From a virus: a stretch of 64,000 bases of DNA. Under the pieces are notes generated by a model that made no database searches, was not told the origin of the DNA, and was given only the letters and a program-made list of their open reading frames with translations. The stretch is from the IMG/VR virus record IMGVR_UViG_3300021400_000020, positions 32,964 to 96,963 of that record, one strand, 5' to 3'. A program made the position numbers and the translations under genes. Within the stretch, counting starts at the first letter, position 1, and the number at the start of each line of letters is the position of its first letter. This document shows positions 35,977 to 42,286 of the stretch, piece after piece.

Positions 35977-36066
35977 TTTTTACTTTTTACTTTTTCATTC
36001 AAAATCATTCCTTCCAAATCCTTTAAATCCCTGATAAAATTATAAATCCCAGATTAAGACAATGGC
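35977..36066 (+). repeat. TTTTTAC heptads plus AAATCC leader repeat copy 2, ending in the ATG at 36062
   Basis: TTTTTAC TTTTTAC TTTTTCA (35977-35997), then CCTTCCAAATCCTTTAAATCCCTGATAAAATTATAAATCCCAGATTAAGACAATGGC. Confidence 0.85.
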
Positions 36067-36514
36067 ACGAATCCACCGCAATGGCAACATGCTTATCAGA
36101 CTTGATAGCATCGTAGCAGTATCATCCGACATGGACAAACCTAAAGAATTGGCGATTTTCACCAACTCACCAGGAATATTCAAAATCCATTTTGAAAAAG
36201 ACGAGGAAGTAACCAAATACATCGACGACCTGCAAGCAAGAATCGAGAAGGAACTTCCCGATTCTATAACCATGAGCAAAAAAGAGAAGACCAACAAAGA
36301 CTTAACAAGTAAAATAATCCGCTCTACTTTCATCCGAGGAGAGGAGGACGGCAAGAAGGACATGCTGGACGCTGCCTGTGACTACCTCGAAAGCATCGAG
36401 ATAGACGTGTATTTCAACGCGAACAAAGAGAAGCCAGACTTCGACTATGAGCGATTCGTCAATGACTTCCGCACCTCCCTCACCAAAAAACTCCTGTCTC
36501 CAAACACTCTTTAA
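36062..36514 (+). CDS. hypothetical protein (150 aa)
   Basis: The ATG is supplied by the leader repeat. Confidence 0.55.
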   Translation: MARIHRNGNMLIRLDSIVAVSSDMDKPKELAIFTNSPGIFKIHFEKDEEVTKYIDDLQARIEKELPDSITMSKKEKTNKDLTSKIIRSTFIRGEEDGKKDMLDAACDYLESIEIDVYFNANKEKPDFDYERFVNDFRTSLTKKLLSPNTL

Positions 36515-36517
36515 AGA

Positions 36518-36754
36518 ATGACCTACCAGGAATACATACAGCGACATATCATTGCAGCTGATTACAAAGAGCAGAATAACCAATGCGAAGCCGTTCCCAT
36601 GATTTCAAAAGAGAATGCAGAGAAGGCTTGTGAGTTGGCAGTGTGCAACTTCGCTCAGGACCTACTACCGCTCTGCGAGTCCGCAAGAAAAGAACTATTG
36701 AAAAAAGTAATCATCGATTTCAAAACAAAATATGGCAACAGAGAAATGCTTTGA
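36518..36754 (+). CDS. hypothetical protein (78 aa)
   Basis: ATG 4 nt after the upstream stop. Confidence 0.45.
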   Translation: MTYQEYIQRHIIAADYKEQNNQCEAVPMISKENAEKACELAVCNFAQDLLPLCESARKELLKKVIIDFKTKYGNREML

Positions 36755-36989
36755 CTTAGACAGCATCCGCCGAAGCTGTCCGCACGGTTCCAGCGTTAAC
36801 TTTCCAGTCGGCACCGTCATGCACGTCAAAATCGGCGACATGAACTGCATCAAATGCCCCTGCTTTGGAGGAGCCGACGAATCAAATCCAAGCAACCAAA
36901 AGGAGATGGCAATCATCTGTCACTACCCACACTTCAGTCAACCAATGAAAACATTTCAACAAAATGAATCGAGTCCACCAAAAACATAA
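36732..36989 (+). CDS. Cys-containing hypothetical protein (85 aa)
   Basis: ATG ORF overlapping the upstream gene by 23 nt. Confidence 0.4.
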   Translation: MATEKCFDLDSIRRSCPHGSSVNFPVGTVMHVKIGDMNCIKCPCFGGADESNPSNQKEMAIICHYPHFSQPMKTFQQNESSPPKT

Positions 36990-37129
36990 TAGCCGATGAA
37001 TCATCAACCTCCTTTCATCAAAAAAGGGAATAAATTGGGAAATATTTAAAATTGCAAATCAACCGATGTAGCATAACGAATGCGAGGCTCATCCCCTGAT
37101 GGTGGTTCCAACCCACCCATCGGTTTTTC

Positions 37130-37225
37130 AGTTTTTCCGAACCAAGTTCCGCTTTCGGTCCTCCCTCTCCACCGTTCCCCGAAATTTTGTTTCGGGTTTC
37201 ATCAACCCCATAAACCCATCAACAA
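37130..37225 (+). repeat. partial composite cassette (degenerate hairpin, type-A hairpin, CCCCAT units)
   Basis: ...CTCCCTCTCCACCGTTCCCCGAAATTTTGTTTCGGG (37178-37196), then TTTCATCAACCCCATAAACCCATCAACAAATG. Confidence 0.8.
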
Positions 37226-37816
37226 ATGTCCTCACCAAACACCCAAACAACCCAAGACACCCTCATTTCCCGCCCCACATTCAAATACAATATCGGGGAT
37301 ATACTCAAAATAAACAACATTAGTAGTTTTGTTTCTTCTGACCTAAACAAAGAGTACAACGACAACCTGCAGGTTATTTTCCGATTCTATGATGGAAACA
37401 ACAATAACGTCTATATAGTGGAATGCGAAGACGGCTTTGCTTTCACACTCTGTGAGCAAGAAGCAGACTTGGTTAAACATTCCACAGTCCCGAACACACC
37501 ACCTGACAACAAACCAGTGAATAGCCGTCAACTCGACGAGGAAACCTACCAGGCACTGAGACGTTTGGGTGTGCTCGACACATCTGTCCGTTCCTACAAC
37601 CGAGGCAAAAGCGACTATTCGCGCCACATCATCCAACCGTGGAGCATCTGGCAAGAATACAACTTGAACCCGTGGGATGCCGACATCGTGAAGCGCATCC
37701 TCCGTACCAAACAAGGGGACAGCCGACGACTCGACTACGAGAAAATCATCCACATCTGCGAAGAACGCATCCGACAAATAGAATGCGAAGCAGAGAATCC
37801 ACAGCATAAGCATTGA
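37226..37816 (+). CDS. DUF3310-like phage protein (196 aa)
   Basis: YSRHIIQPWSIWQEYNLNPWDADIVKRILRTKQGDSRRLDYEKIIHICEERI matches the DUF3310 pattern as I recall it. Confidence 0.55.
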   Translation: MSSPNTQTTQDTLISRPTFKYNIGDILKINNISSFVSSDLNKEYNDNLQVIFRFYDGNNNNVYIVECEDGFAFTLCEQEADLVKHSTVPNTPPDNKPVNSRQLDEETYQALRRLGVLDTSVRSYNRGKSDYSRHIIQPWSIWQEYNLNPWDADIVKRILRTKQGDSRRLDYEKIIHICEERIRQIECEAENPQHKH

Positions 37817-37829
37817 TGAATCCATCGGC

Positions 37830-37875
37830 TTTCTCCGTACCTCTCGGTTCTGCCGAGAGCCTACTCATCAACCCC
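37830..37875 (+). repeat. type-B hairpin + single CCCCAT unit
   Basis: TTTCTCCGTAC+CTCTCGGTTCTGCCGAGAG (37841-37859), then CCTACTCATCAACCCCATAAG. Confidence 0.85.
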
Positions 37876-38125
37876 ATAAGAAAGCATTATAGATTTCTTC
37901 ATAATTCAGTTCGGACTTGTCTGCGAAGATAGGAACGAACGCCTCGCATAACCCTTGCCATTGAGCAAACAACATATCTCTCAGGCTTACCACAGCCCGC
38001 AGAGGGGATAATGGTACTAAACAGGATTCCCCTCCATTTCAGAAATCCCTTCAAACCCTAAAAATCACAGACACATACGTCCCCGTGGTGTTTGGCAGCT
38101 GGGAAGGGGTAGCAGCCTCGGACTA

Positions 38126-38134
38126 CCCCCCCCC
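38126..38134 (+). repeat. C9 homopolymer tract 21 nt upstream of the ATG at 38156
   Basis: Counted directly in GACTACCCCCCCCCAG. Confidence 0.9.
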
Positions 38135-38155
38135 AGTTTTAATACACAACTTCAC

Positions 38156-38407
38156 ATGGTAATCATCGACGGAAGAAAAATATATGAACAACCTGCGTGC
38201 TGCGGACAATGCCCGTTCCTCTTCGACTACTCCACACACATGACCCCAGCCAAAGGACCATTGCCCTGCACACTCTTCAACGAAATGCACAGATACATGA
38301 CCACCCCTCCACGCCGCTGCCAAAAACTCTTTAAGAAGGCATTCGAGTATTTCAACGACAGCGGCATCGACCTCTCCATCGTCAAAAACCAAAACAAAGA
38401 ACAATGA
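38156..38407 (+). CDS. Cys-rich small protein (83 aa)
   Basis: ATG ORF. Contains ACCGQCPF ... C ... RRC. Confidence 0.45.
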   Translation: MVIIDGRKIYEQPACCGQCPFLFDYSTHMTPAKGPLPCTLFNEMHRYMTTPPRRCQKLFKKAFEYFNDSGIDLSIVKNQNKEQ

Positions 38408-38790
38408 AACTCTATATCTCCACACCCATCAACGCACGTTCGGAAGCTACCTTCCAAGAGAAGTACGAGACAGCTCGGAAACGTGTGGAAGAAATCAAGG
38501 AACAACTGCCATCCATCTACCAGGAATGCTACGACATCGTTTCCTCCTTCGACCTGAACCCACTCGGAACCTACACCGAAGCGGAAGCAATGGGAAGATG
38601 TATCCAAGCCGTCATGGAGTCCGACGCCATCCTGCTCGACGATGGTTGGGTGACATCCCAAGGATGCTGTCTTGAATTCCGCACAGCGGAAATCTACAAC
38701 AAAATCATCTATTCCACCAGCCCCAACAACCCCATCAATCCCATGAACCCCATCCTCCCAGATGGATTTCACAACAAATCTTATGTTTAA
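38404..38790 (+). CDS. DUF4406 / nucleoside 2-deoxyribosyltransferase-like protein (128 aa)
   Basis: MKLYISTPINARS ... SDAILLDDGWVTSQGCCLEFRTAEIYNKIIY fits the DUF4406 pattern. The ATGA overlaps the upstream stop. The C-terminus is encoded by CCCCAT-type repeats (PNNPINPMNPI). Confidence 0.5.
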   Translation: MKLYISTPINARSEATFQEKYETARKRVEEIKEQLPSIYQECYDIVSSFDLNPLGTYTEAEAMGRCIQAVMESDAILLDDGWVTSQGCCLEFRTAEIYNKIIYSTSPNNPINPMNPILPDGFHNKSYV

Positions 38791-38807
38791 TTGACCCCAT
38801 CCACTAC

Positions 38808-38843
38808 AAAAAAAACGGTCCTTGCCTCACGACAAGAAACCGT
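38808..38843 (-). terminator. rho-independent terminator of the - strand lysis operon
   Basis: In - sense: ACGGTTTCTTG [TCGTGAGG] CAAGGACCGT followed by TTTTTTTT. Confidence 0.55.
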
Positions 38844-38875
38844 CCAACGTAATTCAAAAACTAACTAACTTTTAA

Positions 38876-39424
38876 CTAAAATAATCTATAGTACACGCCT
38901 ACCCCAACAAACGGCTCGGCGTTTTTGTTCTTCATTCCAAGACCAACACCACCCATCACACCAACACCCCAACGCGGATATTTCTTGATAGTAATTGTCT
39001 GTGTGTTGGTAATGATCGTCGTTCGCATCCTCAGTTCAATGGAGTCCAGCTTTGCATGATAGCCACTGACCCAAGCCCTATATAGACTATCCTCATAGAT
39101 TGTCTGCTCAATCGGTATCTCCACCTGAACACTGTCCATCATCTTATTGGCGTCAATAAGATGGTCGTCTTTCTCAGTAAGTGTCGGTTCTGCCGACACC
39201 TTCAGATACCCCACTTCGGTCCTTACCTGCATACTGTCCGTCGGTACGGGCTCGCGCACCCTCACGGTGTCATGCACCGTCACCGTGTCACTCACCGTCA
39301 CCGTGTCCCTCGTCTCCTTGAACACAACACTCGGCTCATAACAACTGCGCACACAAATCACAGCCAGCACAATCACAGCCAGCACCCCAATCGCACAGAG
39401 CTGCATCTTTGCTATATCCTTCAT
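38876..39424 (-). CDS. membrane-anchored protein at the end of the lysis cassette (possible spanin-like), 182 aa
   Basis: N-terminal TM segment LCAIGVLAVIVLAVICV. It lies directly downstream of the endolysin. Confidence 0.35.
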   Translation of the reverse strand: MKDIAKMQLCAIGVLAVIVLAVICVRSCYEPSVVFKETRDTVTVSDTVTVHDTVRVREPVPTDSMQVRTEVGYLKVSAEPTLTEKDDHLIDANKMMDSVQVEIPIEQTIYEDSLYRAWVSGYHAKLDSIELRMRTTIITNTQTITIKKYPRWGVGVMGGVGLGMKNKNAEPFVGVGVYYRLF

Positions 39425-39442
39425 AACATCTTGCTTTTAGTT

Positions 39443-39490
39443 ACCGTTCCCGAAAGTTCTGCTTTCGGGTAAAAGAAAGTTCCGTTTTCG
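39443..39490 (+). repeat. type-A hairpin (TACCGTT variant) + degenerate half copy
   Basis: TTACCGTTCCCGAAAGTTCTGCTTTCGGG (39449-39469), then TAAAAGAAAGTTCCGTTTTCG. It lies between two - strand genes but in + orientation. Confidence 0.85.
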
Positions 39491-39495
39491 TTCTA

Positions 39496-39975
39496 TCAAA
39501 CCGACAAACGCCGATAAATCGTTTTGCCTTCTTTGTTTCTGAACGCTTCAAGAACTTCATTCCTCTTTGCCGTTCTACCGTCTTGGTAGCTTACATGTAT
39601 CCAGTCATAGTCGTATTCGTTGATAATCTGCTTGACACCTATCTCTCCGTTCTTCATCATCTTCACAAGCAGGTCAAACAGAGCCTTGTTATCGGCTCTT
39701 GAATCGCTCTGGCTTCGAATGTCGGCGGCATTACCGTAGAGATGGTCACTGGTAGAAGCTCCACCAACAACCTTGTTCAACCTCGGACAACGATACCCAC
39801 AGGTGACGACAATACTTCTATTATACTTGTTACGTAGTGGCTGGAGAACTTTCCTGCATAACGTCGCAAGTTTATTCTTGACAACAACACTGGGCGTATT
39901 GTCGATACCTAACCTTTGCGCTGTAGCTGATTTTATCAGCTCCTCAAGCGTGAAATTATCACTCAGTTTCATCAT
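39496..39975 (-). CDS. endolysin, peptidase M15 (D-Ala-D-Ala carboxypeptidase-like) family
   Basis: CGYRCPRLNKVVGGASTSDHLYGNAADI ... YDWIHVSY provides the H/D/H zinc-ligand pattern of M15 peptidases. Confidence 0.8.
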   Translation of the reverse strand: MMKLSDNFTLEELIKSATAQRLGIDNTPSVVVKNKLATLCRKVLQPLRNKYNRSIVVTCGYRCPRLNKVVGGASTSDHLYGNAADIRSQSDSRADNKALFDLLVKMMKNGEIGVKQIINEYDYDWIHVSYQDGRTAKRNEVLEAFRNKEGKTIYRRLSV

Positions 39976-40435
39976 GCTCCTTGTTTTCTTTGTTTTCCAA
40001 TACTGAAAGCACCCTGTCTTTAAGGTCCTGGTTCTTTGCTATCTCTCTAAGTATGCGGATGAAATCCTCTTGCGCCTTCTTCTCCTTAACATTCGATGGC
40101 TCTACAATACTCTTCACCTCCACAAAGGAAATGTAGAACGTACCGAGAAGCGTAAACAAGGGAACCATAGGAATATCATAGCGATACTCATGCCAAAGAA
40201 AGAATATCAGCCCGATTTGGACAGCATCCACAAAGGTCAATGCGATAAGCATGTTGTAATACTTGTTCAGCTTGTCGATGGTTCTGCGATATGCCTCGCT
40301 CGTCCTCATTTCACCTCGCTTCTTTGCCTTACGAACGCCGCTCCATAAATCAGCACCAATCAGTCCGAAGACGATGACATAGAACAACACCACCAGACAA
40401 CCAACTATAATCAATGTTACTTCTCTTCCTTCCAT
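39959..40435 (-). CDS. holin-like membrane protein (158 aa)
   Basis: Three hydrophobic helices. FVEVKSIVEP resembles the E.SI.EN motif of the Phage_holin_4 family. The 3' end overlaps the endolysin start. Confidence 0.55.
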   Translation of the reverse strand: MEGREVTLIIVGCLVVLFYVIVFGLIGADLWSGVRKAKKRGEMRTSEAYRRTIDKLNKYYNMLIALTFVDAVQIGLIFFLWHEYRYDIPMVPLFTLLGTFYISFVEVKSIVEPSNVKEKKAQEDFIRILREIAKNQDLKDRVLSVLENKENKEHDETE

Positions 40436-40456
40436 TTTTTTTCTACATAATAATGA

Positions 40457-40726
40457 TTAAAGTACCATCAGAATGAATGCCTGGACAATAGCACCAATTC
40501 CGCTCCATTTCACATAGTTCTTCAAATCCTCTCGTTCCAATACACCGCTTTTCTTTTCCTGAGCCAACTCACGATATACGGCAAGCATACAAGCAAGTCC
40601 GCTAATCAAGAGACCCAAGACAAAAAAGACAATAGCACCCACCTTGTTCCTGTCAACTGCCTTCAAACTATCAAGCCATTTCATATTACATTGTTTTTTA
40701 GTGTTACCAAATATTACCCCACTCAT
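40457..40726 (-). CDS. small two-TM membrane protein (89 aa, or 75 aa from the ATG at 40684)
   Basis: VGAIVFFVLGLLISGLACMLAV and GIGAIVQAFILMVL. The start is ambiguous. Confidence 0.5.
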   Translation of the reverse strand: MSGVIFGNTKKQCNMKWLDSLKAVDRNKVGAIVFFVLGLLISGLACMLAVYRELAQEKKSGVLEREDLKNYVKWSGIGAIVQAFILMVL

Positions 40727-40865
40727 CCTCTTTCTCCGTATGTGAAGGCTCTGCCTTTACCTGTGGAGTTGCACAACCCTCGTGATAGGAATAGAACTGC
40801 GCATAGTCTGCATCTAATTCAGTTTCACGAGTTATCATTGCTGGTTTTAAATATTCCTTTTTCAT
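40704..40865 (-). CDS. small hypothetical protein (53 aa, MKKEYLKPAMITRETE...)
   Basis: The ATG overlaps the stop of the upstream 85-aa gene (ATGA). The longer track ORF 40704..41081 overlaps that gene out of frame. Confidence 0.35.
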   Translation of the reverse strand: MKKEYLKPAMITRETELDADYAQFYSYHEGCATPQVKAEPSHTEKEDEWGNIW

Positions 40866-41119
40866 TGCTCTGTCAATAATTGAATAATTCCTTGTCCTAC
40901 TACGGAGCACAAGAAAGTTAATATCATTGTCCACCAACTGTGGTCTTTCTTGTACTCGACACGAAAGTAAACCACGTAAAAGATACTCATAATCACTCCC
41001 GAATGTGCGGCATTGTACCAGTTGCACGAACTCAATCCTACCACCAAACCCGCCAACATCCATGCCCAGCGAGTTTTCCACTTGAAAATTCTGCCGATAA
41101 ATTTAATAATTTCTTTCAT
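40862..41119 (-). CDS. small membrane protein (85 aa)
   Basis: Hydrophobic segments WAWMLAGLVVGLSS, VIMSIFYVVYF and WWTMILTFLCSVVGQGII. Confidence 0.5.
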   Translation of the reverse strand: MKEIIKFIGRIFKWKTRWAWMLAGLVVGLSSCNWYNAAHSGVIMSIFYVVYFRVEYKKDHSWWTMILTFLCSVVGQGIIQLLTEQ

Positions 41120-41181
41120 ATTCCTTCTTGTTATTTGGGGTTAATACTAAAATATTGATAAAAAGTCTCAATTTCCAAAAC

Positions 41182-42276
41182 CTATTCCACCGCTTTCGCG
41201 TACCTTGGAATCGAAGCGAGGTGCCATAAGCACTGAGTAAGCGATTCGATACACAGATACACAACGCCCTCGTCAAGATAATACAAGCCTTCCACCAGCT
41301 CCATGTTTATACTGAAAGGAATAGGATTTTCCAATGTGCCTTCATCAGCACCACCCTTCACAACTTGGGTGAACAACGATGTGGCAACTCTTGGATTCCA
41401 GTTGTCTTGTGCCGTATGTGTCTGCACCACCTTCCAGAGCGCATCATCATAGTAGTAACGCTCATCTTTCTTCAGCTCCTTACCAAGCATCGACTCCCAA
41501 GATGGAAAGAGTTCAATACACTCCAAAGCGGCATCATCATCTCGCTCCACCACCGTTGGCAACACCATCTTCTTTAAAGCAGCGACTACATCCTTGGCGG
41601 TTGGCTCCTTCTTCACGTAGGTAAATATCTCGTCACCGAAGGAAAGCGGTTCAGGATAGCCGTCTTGATAGTCGTATTCATGGACAGCCGCGTAAGTCTC
41701 CAAGCCTTCAATCGACAACTGATGACTGTTAGTCATGTCGTAGCACTCAGCGGCATACACCTCCAAGTCCTTCAGCATCGACCTCGCACTCGCAATCGGC
41801 ACGTTGAACAAATGACAATTCCCAAAGGAGAGATTGGTGGTTCTCTTGCCTTTCTCTTCTTCTGCGTCAAGCCTCGAAAGAATACTGGTACGTGTGGTTT
41901 TGTCTATCCAGCAGTTCTTGTCCTCATAGCGGAAGACATTGACATCCTCCGACGATCCGTAAGCCGAGTTAAGTGCGAACAACAACTTCTTAGATGCCTC
42001 AAACAGCTCATCGTCTTCTACATGCACATTGAAAGTATGGACAAGCGCATTACTGACACCTTCAAGCTCCTGAACACTACACAGCCTTCCCGACCCAATG
42101 ATGGCATCGGCAACCTCCGTGATGGTAGGCACTTCCTCTGACTTGAACTGCACACTGTCTGCTTCCCATTCTCCATCATCAGACGGGGCGACATTATAGT
42201 TCAAAGTAATATAAATCACTTGTGGACCTACACTCGTCACCATCTGACTTGGCTTCTCTGTAAATTTCTGTTTCAT
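41182..42276 (-). CDS. fibre-associated protein, DUF4376-like middle region and CBM5/12-like C-terminal motif (364 aa)
   Basis: CWIDKTTRTSILSRL...ARSMLKDLEVYAAECYDMTNSHQLSIEGLET...YDYQDGYP resembles DUF4376. YYYDDALWKVVQTHTAQDNWNPRVATSLFTQV resembles the YxxGD.V.Y.G..Y.C.Q.HTSQ..W.P....SLW motif. The ATG at 42276 lies 10 nt after the RT stop. Confidence 0.4.
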   Translation of the reverse strand: MKQKFTEKPSQMVTSVGPQVIYITLNYNVAPSDDGEWEADSVQFKSEEVPTITEVADAIIGSGRLCSVQELEGVSNALVHTFNVHVEDDELFEASKKLLFALNSAYGSSEDVNVFRYEDKNCWIDKTTRTSILSRLDAEEEKGKRTTNLSFGNCHLFNVPIASARSMLKDLEVYAAECYDMTNSHQLSIEGLETYAAVHEYDYQDGYPEPLSFGDEIFTYVKKEPTAKDVVAALKKMVLPTVVERDDDAALECIELFPSWESMLGKELKKDERYYYDDALWKVVQTHTAQDNWNPRVATSLFTQVVKGGADEGTLENPIPFSINMELVEGLYYLDEGVVYLCIESLTQCLWHLASIPRYAKAVE

Positions 42277-42286
42277 TTTTTTGATT

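Noticed and set aside
37061-37123. 63-nt acceptor/T-arm mimic considered as a tRNA gene.
   Set aside because: It is too short by ~10 nt, the D loop is only 5 nt, and no anticodon stem-loop exists. It is kept only as part of a low-interest finding.
38722-38790. Mini-ORF (MNPILPDGFHNKSYV) starting at a CCCATG inside the CCCCAT-like repeats at the 3' end of the DUF4406-like gene.
   Set aside because: It is only 15 codons long and lies in frame with, and inside, the longer ORF. There is no way to support it from sequence alone.
3929-39490. Possibility that the dispersed hairpin repeats are a CRISPR array.
   Set aside because: The copies are scattered over 35 kb with irregular spacing, mostly singly or in pairs between genes. 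There are no uniform spacers, no leader and no cas genes.
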